Source: Perkinsela sp. CCAP 1560/9 | Taxonomy: Eukaryota; Protista; Euglenozoa: Kinetoplastea | NCBI GenBank assembly: GCA_965644495.1 | Contig: CBFFSA010000020.1 | Span: 124,001 to 188,000, forward strand | DNA: 64,000 nucleotides | Reading direction: 5' to 3' | Part shown: positions 34,089 to 46,029 of the stretch, piece after piece | Numbering within the stretch: the first letter of the stretch is position 1 | Layout of the letters: every line of letters begins with the position of its first letter | Translations under genes and position numbers: made by a program | The notes under the pieces: model-generated | What the model was told of the DNA's origin: nothing | What the model saw: only the letters and a program-made list of their open reading frames with translations | The model's database searches: none

Positions 34089-35505
34089 TGAAAAAGTGTC
34101 CAGCTGACCACCCCCAGAAAAAGTGTTCAGCTGGCCACCCCCTGAAAAAGTGTCCAGCTGACCACCCCGTGGAAAAATGGCCAGCTGGCTACCCCCTGGA
34201 AATCTGGCCAACTGGCCACCCCCTGAAAAGTTGACCAGCTGGCCACCCCCTGGAAAAGTGGCCAGCTGACCACCCCCTGGAAAAGTGGCCAGCTGGCCAC
34301 CCCTTTAAAAAGTGGCCAGCTGGCCACCTCCTGGAAAAGTGGCCAGCTGACTACCCCCTGGTAACGTGGCCAGCTGACCACCCCCTGGTAACGTGGCCAG
34401 CTGGCCACCCCCTGGAAAAGTGGCCAGCTGGCCACCCCTTTAAAAAGTGGCCAGCTGGCCACCCCCTGGAAAAGTGGCCAACTGGCCACCCCCGTGAAAA
34501 GGTGGCCACCCCCTGGAAAAGTGGCCAGCTGACCACCCCCTGGAAAAGTGGCCAGCTGACCACCCCCTGGTAACGTGGCCAGCTGGCCACCACCTGGAAA
34601 AGTGGCCAGCTGACCACCCCTTTAAAAAGTGGCCAGCTGGCCACCCCCTGGAAAAGTGGCCAAATGGCCACCCCCTGAAAAGTGACCAACTGGCCACCCC
34701 CTGAAAAGGTGGCCAGCTGGCCACCCCTTGAAAAAGTGGCCAGCTAACCACCCGCTTAAAAAATGGCCAGCTGACCATCCCCTGGAAAAGTGGCCAGCTG
34801 ACCACACCCTGGAAAAGTGGCCAACTGGCCACCCACTGGAAAAGTGGCCAGCTGGCCACCACCTGGAAAAGTGGCCAGCTGACCACACCCTGGAAAAGTG
34901 GCCAACTGGCCACCCACTGGAAAAGTGGCCAGCTGGCCACCACCTGGAAAAGTGGCCAGCTGACCACCCCTGGAAAAAGTGGCCAGCTGACCACCCCCTT
35001 AAAAAGTGGCCAGATGACCACCCCTTTAAAAAGTGGCCAGCTAGCCACCCCCTGGAAAAGTGGCCACCTGGCCACGCCCTGAAAAGGTGGTCAGCTGGCC
35101 GCCCCCTTAAAAAGTGGCTAGCTGGCCGCCCCCTGAAAAAGTGGCCAGCTGAGCACCCCCTGAAAAAGTGGCTAGCTGGCCGCTCACTGAAAAAGTGGCC
35201 AGCTGGCCACCTCCTGGAAAAGCGGCCAGCTGGCCATCCCCTGGAAAAGTGGCCAGCTGACCACCCCCTGGAAAAGTGGCCAGCTGACCACCCCCTGGAA
35301 AAGTGGCCAGCTGGCCACCCCCTGAAAAAGTGACCAGCTGCTCTTTCATGCAGGAGGTGGCCAGCTTGCGACTTTTTTTGGACGTCGCCATTCATCTTGA
35401 GTATATGAAATGCAAACTGTGTTTTTTGGTAGCCAGCTGGCCATTTTTCAAGGAGGTGGCCAGCTGACCATTGTCTCAGGGGGTGGCGAGCTGGCCACTT
35501 TTTGA
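34089..35505. repeat. 27-bp minisatellite (about 45 copies) with a palindromic core, followed by a few inverted copies
   Basis: Unit CTGGAAAAGTGGCCAGCTG(G/A)CCACCCC; core GTGGCCAGCTGGCCAC is a 16-bp palindrome. Confidence 0.95.
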
Positions 35506-36203
35506 AGGGCGAGAAAATCATACCTTTTTTTCGTTCATTTGTTATGCCGTCGGCGAGTGAAACGCGTTTCAAAAAGTGGTTCTGGAAGTTAGTTTAGGAG
35601 CTGAAAAATATTCCCCAAACGTTCAAACAGCTGTAGTCTGTTTGTGTGGGGAACATAATCAAGCATCTTCGCGTTTTTTCTGATTTGAAATATCCGTCTC
35701 TGAGCTGAATTCCGAGTCGCATTTTTGGTAAAAGGGCTCTAAAAACTGTTGAGTGTACTCGTTTTTTTTCATTTTTGGAGCATTACAGAGATTGATTGAA
35801 GAAAAATGTCTCTGTTTTTAAAAATTTGAAAAAATCGTTTTTATGCTCGTTTTATGCCCATTTTGGGCTCGCGGAATTAACCTTAGTAAGCGAGTTAGAT
35901 ACTCACCGTATCTCCCTCAATAAAAAATTATATGAAAAAGGGTTGCCGCAACTGCTTTTGCTACGCGAGTCTCTTTCGGCAGTCACGAAACCGACAATGT
36001 TGGGGTACTTTGCTGAAATTTCAGAGCACTTCTGTTCCCTTACCGACAAAGGAAAAGAAAAATTTTGGATTCGTATTTGCACCTTCGCCAATATTTCGCG
36101 ACGGAGTCAACGGAGCAACCCAAATGGTCCCAAAAGACATGGACGAGCGTATAGAAGCCTTTTTGAATATGATAGCTCTGCGAAATTGTGATCGCGTGGA
36201 TAC

Positions 36204-37307
36204 GCTGTAATCGTAACAGGGGACGAGACCTGTGTTGTGTGGGAGCCCGTCAATGAAATCACATACGACACTAAAGGGACAAAGCGCGTAAAGGTTTTAA
36301 CTACAGGGAAGGAGAAGAAGACACTGGCTGCGTGGTTTTGGGGCCTCTCTGTTACGAACCAACGGCATGCAGAAAGCACGTGGGAGCATAAGGTGTTTCC
36401 TCCGCACTTAATTTGGGAAGCCCATTCAGATTCTGGAAAGGTTTCCAAAGAGGTGCTCCGGGCGGCAGAAAAGTACAATTGTACGGCAACAACGACAACA
36501 AGCGGGTGGAACACAGGAGAGTCATTTAAAAAATGGGCTGAAGCGGAATTCTTTGACAGAATGAAGTATCCTCCGCGGAAAACACTTATTATTTTGGATC
36601 TGTACGCTGCTCATCGGACAGCGGAATTATTATTGTTCTTTCGTGAGAGAGAAATCGATGTTCAATTCGTTCCAGGAGGTTGCACTTCCAAAGGACAGCT
36701 CATGGATATGGCCATCAACCAGCCTTTTAAAAAGTACTACAAGGAATGTTTTGCCTCCTGGCGTGCGTCGACGCATCATGAAATTGTCCGGCCGACGCGA
36801 AGTCTTATAACAAAATTTGCGACTCAGGCTCTGGCAAAAGTGAATTCAGAAGAATACGAAATCGAATTTAATAAGTTGCTTGTTCCAGCACTTTCCAAAA
36901 ATCTCGCACAGATTCCCATAGAATCCAGAGCCGAGCTCAGACTCTCCTCAAGCGTTATCACGGAGTCAATGGTGGATGCATCAGCCATCGCTTCACGCGT
37001 ATCACAACTGAGCATTGTCGAGGAATCTCTTGAACCAAATCAGGTCCCTCGCCTGCCACCGCGCGTTCCTGTAAAAAATCGAATTAGTCCCGCAATCGCA
37101 GCGAAAGCCATGAAGTCCGCCATAGAGTCAGCGCGTAACAGGAACTCAGCGCTTAACGCAACCCCAGTACAGGAGTGTTGTTATTGCACGCGAGCGAATT
37201 TAACTCTACGGGAGTGTAGTGAACCTGGGTGTTTAACGAAATTTCATCACATGTGTGCAATTGAAGAAAAGGGGGAAGAGAATGACAATTTCTGCGCAAA
37301 GCACTAA
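36204..37307 (+). pseudogene. pogo DDE_1 transposase catalytic domain (DD35D) with C-terminal PHD-like finger
   Basis: TGDET, SGWNT, LDLYAAH, VPGGCTSKGQLMD; CCYC..CSEPGC..FHHMC..FCAKH; N-terminal part frameshifted. Confidence 0.88.
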
Positions 37308-40025
37308 CGATGGCCGCAGGTCAGGGCCACTGCATATATTTTCGGCAGTGTTGGGGCTTAGCGCACCTCACCTTCCCCAGCTTTTTACCTCCACAGCACC
37401 GTTTTTAATATTCGTCGTATCTAGGTTTTTCTGTGGTTTTACTTAGTGTCTTGCAAAGACGGGCGATAAGGGTTTTACTGGAGGAACTTGACAACTTAAT
37501 ATTCCCCCCCTTACTTCACCACCCCCCTTACTTCACCACAAAGTATGGGTTTTGGGCCAAAAAGTGGAGGCTAAGTAAGGGGGGGGGTAACGGTATTCGG
37601 GAGCGGAGGGCTTGTAGCACATTCGGGTCACGAGAGCTTTGCATATGGCAAAGAGCTTCCCCGGTGCAAAGGTGCCATAATTGCGATATGTTTGTAAGAT
37701 TCCATCCGCGTGAGGTATATAAGGTTTCACTACTGGTGGCAGAGGCAAAGTTCATCCACTTCTTGATATGGCGGGTAGCTCTTTTTTGTAGGCGGAGTAT
37801 CAATGAATGAGTAAGGCTGGCATGAACAACGAATTGAAAACGCAACTTTGATAGGACGGCGTGTTGGTAGATCCATAGTTTGGATGAGAGGCTGTGTGCA
37901 TTGGCGCTGATTTTTTCGAGCCACGTTATCAGATTTTCGTCCGTTTATTTGAAGAGGATTTTCGACTGCTGGGCCCCTGGAGCAAGAGTCATTCCTAGAA
38001 AGCTGCTACCTTTGTCACATATATGGGGGATGCTGCTCCCGTGAATCAAAATCTTCGGTCTTCGAGTCATATAACCGGGATGGTTTGTGCCCTTCTCCAT
38101 AGACATACACTGTATTGATGTTTGTTACGTCTGCGTCGAAGAAGGAGATCACTCAAGGCTTGGGTGTGCTCAAGAGTCCCGTTAAGCTCCGGAAGAAACC
38201 CTTTCTGTATTGTAGGGTCAATGACACCAGCTTCCAGAAGATGAGTTATAAGTCGGTGCCCGATGATGCTGTGGAACAGTTTTCCGACAGCACTTGTAAG
38301 GGATATTGGTCGCCAATTTTTCGGATTTCCAGTGTCACCTTTCTTGTACGTATGAGTTTCGTTACAGCTGTCTTCCAAGTTTGAGGACAGATTTCATGAC
38401 GTAAGAGATCATTGTACGTTTGCGCCAGTGTTGAGTAGAGGGAAGGGCACCTTTTTAGAATTGCATTTGTGACAGTGTCGCTCCCCGGAGCGCTGCTAGA
38501 TCTTTTCCCTTTCAGAGCTTGGGCGATGTCGTCGCTAGTAATGTCTGCCCATTTCATTTCCACAAGTGCTCGGGGTCCGAGGAAACTGTACTCTGGAAGT
38601 TTGAATTCAGTTTCGGGCGCTGTCAGTACTTTATCAAAATGATCTTGGACATCGGCCAGCTGACACGTCGGGAATTGAGGCGAGGCTTGTGCATCTCGTA
38701 GTTCAGGTCGGCTTAATGTTTCCGCTGCCGCTGTCTATGGATTCCGTGTGAAACTTTCAAGGGCCCACCTTTCTTCCATCTCTTTTCGTTGTAACCGTGA
38801 TTCCTCCTTGTAAATCCTGATCAGTCTACTGCTCTCTTTAATTTGGATCTTTACTTTTTCACGATTAGATTTTCCGTGCGTATAGCGGAGAGATATTTTT
38901 TGGTGTCGAACATCTTTTTCAAGTTCCAGGATATTTCTTTCAAGCGCAAGGGGTCGGCAACGATTTTGAGCATGACCATTGCGAGTGCGTAAGAGAAATC
39001 CTCGTGTTGGGTTGATCTCAGTGGCCAGGTCGTATGCTGATACAGCAAGAGCTGCACATAAGACTTGTGCGTTCTCGAGGGCTTCTGATGGACTCGTAGC
39101 AGGACGCAGTAACTCCGCGCATTTTGCGTATGCATTTTTCTGGACTGTTTCCCATTGGTCATCGCTTAGTTTAACCATTACTTTACCCCCTTCTATTGAA
39201 CGGTGTGTTCGAAACAGCTGCTCCACAGCAATCTGGCGGTTTGAACTTTGTGGAGTGGCATTCTTGTCACCATGAGGGGTTGAAATTGTAGTCGGAGGTA
39301 CGTCTTCGGTTTCTTGAGTCGGAAGGGAAGGAGGTCTAGTGATTTTGCAACATGGGTGTTTGTACTTCATTTTGTCTTTACACTTGTGGTGACATGGGCT
39401 AGATTTAGTTGTCGTAGCTATCTTCCCAGTTTCTGTTTGTCTAATGTTGTGTGGAGATTCTTTCTGGATTACCGTCTGTTGATAGTCCGGGGTATCGATA
39501 GCGTCTTCTTCTTTTTTCAGTGTAATGGAAAGGTGGCGGAGCGCTGGGATGTCTTGCCCACCAAGCCGCTTCCGGATAGCTTTTCCCAGCGAACCCGGTG
39601 ATTTGTATTTGGCGGAGAGCTGCAACACAGGGTCGTTTAGGAGAGTGAACCAGCTTGTATGCCGATGAACGATATCCGGAGTCCCTGTTCTATGTATTTC
39701 GATGTAGTCGCATGCGTTGTTCGATATCAGCTCTGTTATCGTAGCGGCTTCGGCCACAAGGTCGTGAGCTTGAGACTGTTTGGCTAATAGTTTCGTAATT
39801 GCGGCTTCGGCGCCCTGCAGGGATCCTATTCGTTTTCTAACAAGTGCAGATTTGCAGGCTGATTTTACATCGGGAAAGTAATGCCAACAGGATTCGGTAA
39901 TAGCCCGGATTTTAAGGGGGCGTGTCCTGCTTTGAATAAAATGCAGGAGGTCCTGCAGCGCATGCTTATGAGTTTTCTGTGGGTGGCTCGGAGTCATAAA
40001 GGAGAAAACATATAATATAAGAAAT

Positions 40026-40044
40026 CAACAAGGTACAGAAACTG
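40026..40044 (-). other. Partial (19-nt) spliced-leader exon at the 5' end of a retrotransposon
   Basis: Reverse complement CAGTTTCTGTACCTTGTTG, 28 nt upstream of the ATG at 39997. Confidence 0.85.
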
Positions 40045-40964
40045 AGGGAGTTGGTCCATCCTTGTTCAGTATACTGGCCAAGGATAGCAACTCCCCATTA
40101 TCTCGGCGTAGCAAACACGCCTTGGCTTGCCTGGCACTGAGATCAGCCAATGGAAAAAAACGCTTTTTTTCGTTAGAGGCCTCCTTTCTCAGCCCAGGGG
40201 CTTCCCACTTAAGGGGCCCGTTCCCATAACCAAGTGATCTCCCCGGCAACACGATTTCATTCGTGCGTCAAGAAGGCTGGGCTATGGGACCAGGGAGCTC
40301 TAGAACAAGTGCAGCAACTTGTGAGCCTAATTCGTTGGACATGAAATGATAGTGTGATTAAATTAGTTCATAGTAAAATTATTTATAAAAAATAATTACA
40401 TATTCGCTTATTCTGAAAATTGGTAATGCAAACGTTTGAACGGCGGCCATTCTCATGTATTGGTCGCTTTGCTCTTGCATAACTTCCGCATGCCACCTTT
40501 TCTTCATCACCCTTTTCATAGGAATAAATTGTTGTTCGGAGAATGGTTTTTTGGAGAATGTTTTACTGTTACTATTTTGTCAGGGCGCGGAATAACATCT
40601 AAACTGATATTTATACTGATATTTTCTGGGATTTTGTCTCATGTTTTGTCTCATACTTCTCAAGACCATTAGAGCTACACTTTTTCCCCATACTTAAATT
40701 TAGCTTGTATTATTGCAACGCGCGATATTTTGTGCTTACCCATACAGTAATAGTCAACACAATAAGCTTAAAATATGATAATGACTAGTACGGTGATAAT
40801 TTTCTGTATCTCTATTTTAAGAAATTTTATTTATCCGTGCATTTAAAAACAATTCAATGCTGACACACGCGACCCCTTCCCTCACGGCCTTCATCTTAGC
40901 TTCAATCCACCCGAAAAGGGTAGATTGAACCGGTAACCATTCTGTCCAAAGTTCTGCAGGTGTT

Positions 40965-42050
40965 AATGAGTATCGACGACTACGATAACTGTTTCATTTA
41001 TCAGCGCCTTGATGCGTTGAATGATGATGTCTACTGCATCTTGTGGGCTATACGCTTTTGCAACAGCACGTCCGACAGCGGTATTATCTGTTAAAATAAA
41101 AGCGACGGATGGATTGTGTGCCATCAACTGATTTTTCACAACCCTTTTTCGAAGGCTATAGCCTCGTCCATAGCAATCGGCAGTTCCTCCCCTTGCAAAC
41201 TTTGATATTCAACACCTCTTTCATTTCTAAATACTCCTCTTCGTATGGCAGTAATCTCATCACTCAGAGTGTAAGTAGCCCAACGGGTAGGTGTGGGATC
41301 GACTGTTATGCTCAAAATAGAATCTTTTTATGTGGTATAGATGCGATTTTGCATGGGACCACAAAGGCTTTAATGACAATATCAAATGTTTCATAGAATC
41401 GACAGGACTCTTGATTTCGTCCAATTCCGCGTCCCAGTTGACCATTTTGCCAAGAGAACTCTGAGCTTTCGATGCTCTCCCGAGTCCTATACGGTCCGCT
41501 GCCACTACTGATCCCGCGAAGCGGTAAAAACCTAGGAGGCTAAAGTACGTACGAGGAGTGTATTTCATTGTTGTCCGCACTATTTGATGCCATGGTGGTA
41601 AGGGAGTTCAGCACACGCATATCTAATATCGCCCGAGCCTTTGATTCAGTTTTCAGCACGGCCAAATACTTAGATAGAACAGGTATTGTGCCAGTGGGGT
41701 TGCTTTGAAGTCCTCAAGAGCGCCACACGACGTGAGGTACGCCAAGTGCCGAAACCAACGTTTTCCGAATGTATTAGTTGTGTTCCGATGTATTAGTTGT
41801 GATGGGCAGTGGTTCCTTATTCTGAAGAGGGTCCCTATTCAGAAGGCTAGTCGCGTGCACTGTATAAGGTGTATTGGCTATGGATGTGCCAAGCTCAAAT
41901 CTGCCACCTCCTACGGTTTTTAACTCCGCAAGAGGTATATCGTTGTCCGCTATTCTCCCGCGAACGCCGGCCGTTTCTTTGCTAGAGAACGAAACATGAT
42001 GCAAGACAATACCTGGACCCGAACTACGCGTACTATCTAATTGTGCAAAG
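40965..42050 (-). pseudogene. DIRS/VIPER/TATE-like RT-RNase H remnant, repeated in each array unit at +2922
   Basis: Minus-strand PVLSKYLAVLKTESKARAILDMRVLN (RT N-terminus) and FILTDNTAVGRAVAKAYS (RNase H); stops and deletions. Confidence 0.6.
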
Positions 42051-42091
42051 TCTCTCTTTTTGATTATTGAGCTCTCACGACACGAATTTTA

Positions 42092-42258
42092 TACCCCCCC
42101 GGAAATTGGTGACCCCCCTGTATAGTTACTATAAACTTTTTTTAAAAACTTTAAAAAGGTTCGGCGAAAGATTTTCGCCAAGTTGATATTTTAGTTAATT
42201 GTTTTTCCGGAAAAAAATCCGATCTTGGTGGACCCTTCCTGTAGATACCGGGGGGTTA
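42092..42258. mobile_element. Tc1-like MITE, repeated in each array unit
   Basis: TACCCCCCCGG ... CCGGGGGGTTA inverted ends; GTGACCCCCC motif also seen near the left end of the Tc1 at 6124. Confidence 0.5.
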
Positions 42259-42381
42259 TTTGTTCACCTTTTCAGTAAGCGGTCGTAGTAAGTAGGTGCC
42301 TCCACAGTCATCCCAGTGTGAAACACAACCTGTAATTGTACTTATTTACACTACTTCAAGGTTAGGTAAACATTGATTATT

Positions 42382-43107
42382 ATGATGTTTTGCTCACTGC
42401 TTTCGGCTGATGTAACGGAACCGTTAAGAAAGGAAGCCCGAAAAGAAACGAACTCTTCTGACACGACGCTTTCCACAAGTAGTTCTAATGTGACTGGAAA
42501 ATCTCGTCCATCCAAAGTCAGTGCCGTATCGTTACCCGTGGAGTACGATTTGATGAGACTCGTAGAAAACCCTCCACGCTCATGGTCCACCGATACTCCG
42601 GGATGTAGATGGGATGGGGTCAGATGTAACGACAAGGGCGACGTGATTTGGATGAACTGGAGTGGCAGGATGGGCGAGGACAGTAGCAAGAAACTGCAAG
42701 GTCAGTTCAATGTAAAATATTTGCCGTACGAACTGAAACATTTACGCCTAACGGGAAATTCTCTGTCGGGTGAGTTTCCGTTCGATCAGTTGCCTCCGAA
42801 ATTGGAAGACATTGACATATCGAGGAACCAGTTCACGGGTACTCCAGATTTTCGTCATTTGCCACCCTTTCTAGTCTATCTTAATATGTCCGACAATAGA
42901 TTTCATGGTCATATTGAATTTGATTTCGTGCACGAAAACTTGCGTCAAATGAGCTTAGCTTTTAATGCAGAACTTGAAGGCTTCCTAAAAATCAGAGACG
43001 AGATAAAGAATCTGTATTATACTGTAGCACGAACAAAGATTACAGTAAGCAATGGTGTGATGGTCCTAAATCGACCGATCGGGAGCGTTTGTGGAATATG
43101 TGGATGA
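42382..43107 (+). CDS. LRR protein, array copy 1
   Basis: LPVEYDL, WSTDTPGCRWDGVRC cap and about four LRRs. Confidence 0.88.
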   Translation: MMFCSLLSADVTEPLRKEARKETNSSDTTLSTSSSNVTGKSRPSKVSAVSLPVEYDLMRLVENPPRSWSTDTPGCRWDGVRCNDKGDVIWMNWSGRMGEDSSKKLQGQFNVKYLPYELKHLRLTGNSLSGEFPFDQLPPKLEDIDISRNQFTGTPDFRHLPPFLVYLNMSDNRFHGHIEFDFVHENLRQMSLAFNAELEGFLKIRDEIKNLYYTVARTKITVSNGVMVLNRPIGSVCGICG

Positions 43108-45303
43108 AGGTACGTTGATATCTACAGTGGGGAATAGGCACGGAAAACGTCAGCATACAAAAAATACTTCAACGGTTGCAAAGATATAATACATTGTGTT
43201 AGATGGGCCTATTTGAACAATAAATAGCGTTATAATAGGCGCAATAATGCTTCACTTTGACCATAAAATAATAATATAGTGTTAGTTTGAATATTATCTT
43301 GTTATTTATAAAAAATAATTACATATTCGCTTATTCTGAAAATTGGTAATGTAAACGTTTGAACGGCGGCCATTCTCATGTATTGGTCGCTTTGCTCTTG
43401 CATAACTTCCGCATGCCACCTTTTCTTCATCACGCTTTTCAGAGGAATAAATTATTGTTCGGAGAATATTTTTTTCGGAGAATGGTTTACTGTTACTATT
43501 TTGTCAGGGCGCGGAATAACATCTAAACTGATATTTATACGGATATTTTCTTGGATTTTTCCATGTTTTGTCTCATACTTCTCAAGACCATTAGAGCTAC
43601 ACTTTTTCCCCATACTTAAATTTAGCTTGTATTATTGCAACGCGCGATATTTTGTGCTTACCCATACAGTAATAGTCAACACAATAAGCTTAAAATATGA
43701 TAATGACTAGTACAGTGATTATTTTCTGTATCTTTATTTTAAGAAATTTTATTTATCCGTGCATTTAAAAACAATTCAATGCTGACACACGCGACCCCTT
43801 CCCTCACGGCCTTCATCTTAGCTTCAATCCACCCGAAAAGGGTAGATTGAACCGGTAACCATTCTGTCCAAAGTTCTGCAGGTGTCAATGAGTATCGACG
43901 ACTACGATAACTGTTTCATTTATCAGCGCCTTGATGCGTTGAATGATGATGTCTACTGCATCTTGTGGGCTATACGCTTTTGCAACAGCACGTCCGACAG
44001 CGGTATTATCTGTTAAAATAAAAGCGACGGATGGATTGTGTGCCATCAACTGATTTTTCACAACCCTTTTTCGAAGGCTATAGCCTCGTCCATAGCAATC
44101 GGAAGTTCCTCCCCTTGCAAACTTTGATATTCAACACCTCTTTCATTTCTAAATACTCCTCTTCGTAAGGCAGTAATCTCATCACTCAGAGTGTAAGTAG
44201 CCCAACGGGTAGGTGTGGGATCGACTGTTATGCTCAAAATAGAATCTTTTTATGTGGTATAGATGCGATTTTGCATGGGACCACAAAGGCTTTAATGACA
44301 ATATCAAATGTTTCATAGAATCGACAGGACTCTTGATTTCGTCCAATTCCGCGTCCCAGTTGACCATTTTGCCAAGAGAACTCTGAGCTTTCGATGCTCT
44401 CCCGAGTCCTATACGGTCCGCTGCCACTACTGATCCCGCGAAGCGGTAAAAACCTAGGAGGCTAAAGTACGTACGAGGAGTGTATTTCATTGTTGTCCGC
44501 ACTATTTGATGCCATGGTGGTAAGGGAGTTCAGCACACGCATATCTAATATCGCCCGAGCCTTTGATTCAGTTTTCAGCACGGCCAAATACTTAGATAGA
44601 ACAGGTATTGTGCCAGTGGGGTTGCTTTGAAGTCCTCAAGAGCGCCACACGACGTGAGGTACGCCAAGTGCCGAAACCAACGTTTTCCGAATGTATTAGT
44701 TGTGTTCCGATGTATTAGTTGTGATGGGCAGTGGTTCCTTATTCTGAAGAGGGTCCCTATTCAGAAGGCTAGTCGCGTGCACTGTATAAGGTGTATTGGC
44801 TATGGATGTGCCAAGCTCAAATCTGCCACCTCCTACGGTTTTTAACTCCGCAAGAGGTATATCGTTGTCCGCTATTCTCCCGCGAACGCCGGCCGTTTCT
44901 TTGCTAGAGAACGAAACATGATGCAAGACAATACCTGGACCCGAACTACGCGTACTATCTAATTGTGCAAAGTCTCTCTTTTTGATTATTGAGCTCTCAC
45001 GACACGAATTTTATACCCCCCCGGAAATTGGTGACCCCCCTGTATAGTTACTATAAACTTTTTTTAAAAACTTTAAAAAGGTTCGGCGAAAGATTTTCGC
45101 CAAGTTGATATTTTAGTTAATTGTTTTTCCGGAAAAAAATCCGATCTTGGTGGACCCTTCCTGTAGATACCGGGGGGTTATTTGTTCACCTTTTCAGTAA
45201 GCGGTCGTAGTAAGTAGGTGCCTCCACAGTCATCCCAGTGTGAAACACAACCTGTAATTGTACTTATTTACACTACTTCAAGGTTAGGTAAACATTGATT
45301 ATT

Positions 45304-46029
45304 ATGATGTTTTGCTCACTGCTTTCGGCTGATGTAACGGAACCGTTAAGAAAGGAAGCCCGAAAAGAAACGAACTCTTCTGACACGACGCTTTCCACAA
45401 GTAGTTCTAATGTGACTGGAAAATCTCGTCCATCCAAAGTCAGTGCCGTATCGTTACCCGTGGAGTACGATTTGATGAGACTCGTAGAAAACCCTCCACG
45501 CTCATGGTCCACCGATACTCCGGGATGTAGATGGGATGGGGTCAGATGTAACGACAAGGGCGACGTGATTTGGATGAACTGGAGTGGCAGGATGGGCGAG
45601 GACAGTAGCAAGAAACTGCAAGGTCAGTTCAATGTAAAATATTTGCCGTACGAACTGAAACATTTACGCCTAACGGGAAATTCTCTGTCGGGTGAGTTTC
45701 CGTTCGATCAGTTGCCTCCGAAATTGGAAGACATTGACATATCGAGGAACCAGTTCACGGGTACTCCAGATTTTCGTCATTTGCCACCCTTTCTAGTCTA
45801 TCTTAATATGTCCGACAATAGATTTCATGGTCATATTGAATTTGATTTCGTGCACGAAAACTTGCGTCAAATGAGCTTAGCTTTTAATGCAGAACTTGAA
45901 GGCTTCCTAAAAATCAGAGACGAGATAAAGAATCTGTATTATACTGTAGCACGAACAAAGATTACAGTAAGCAATGGTGTGATGGTCCTAAATCGACCGA
46001 TCGGGAGCGTTTGTGGAATATGTGGATGA
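45304..46029 (+). CDS. LRR protein, array copy 2
   Basis: Protein identical to copy 1. Confidence 0.88.
   Translation: MMFCSLLSADVTEPLRKEARKETNSSDTTLSTSSSNVTGKSRPSKVSAVSLPVEYDLMRLVENPPRSWSTDTPGCRWDGVRCNDKGDVIWMNWSGRMGEDSSKKLQGQFNVKYLPYELKHLRLTGNSLSGEFPFDQLPPKLEDIDISRNQFTGTPDFRHLPPFLVYLNMSDNRFHGHIEFDFVHENLRQMSLAFNAELEGFLKIRDEIKNLYYTVARTKITVSNGVMVLNRPIGSVCGICG

Larger units (their letters stand above)
33239..37593 (+). mobile_element. pogo-family DNA transposon (composite or decayed)
   Basis: TA-CCGTTACCCCCC..TTACTT and AAGTAAGGGGGGGGGTAACGG-TA; removing it restores the host frame LRSRIDEEKNLRRRG; CENP-B-like HTH at ~33580-33740; subterminal CCCCCCTTACTTCACCAC repeats. Confidence 0.93.
32254..40044 (-). 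mobile_element. HERO-like RLE non-LTR retrotransposon, decayed and interrupted by a pogo element
   Basis: Collinear with ORF 58189-62775 (NWRPISLTS, QKGFLP..GTLEH, QGRYSYRH, RPDG, IELTVPWEEN); RT core deleted near 38110; starts with a partial SL. Confidence 0.92.

Noticed and set aside
34127-35572. Repetitive ORFs (KWPADHPLE, GVASWPLFQ) and a possible CRISPR-like array
   Set aside because: These are translations of a 27-bp minisatellite; there are no unique spacers and no cas genes
43378-43710. 110-aa hydrophobic ORF in each array unit
   Set aside because: AT-rich spacer; the frame is not preserved in the two outer copies (40436, 54996)
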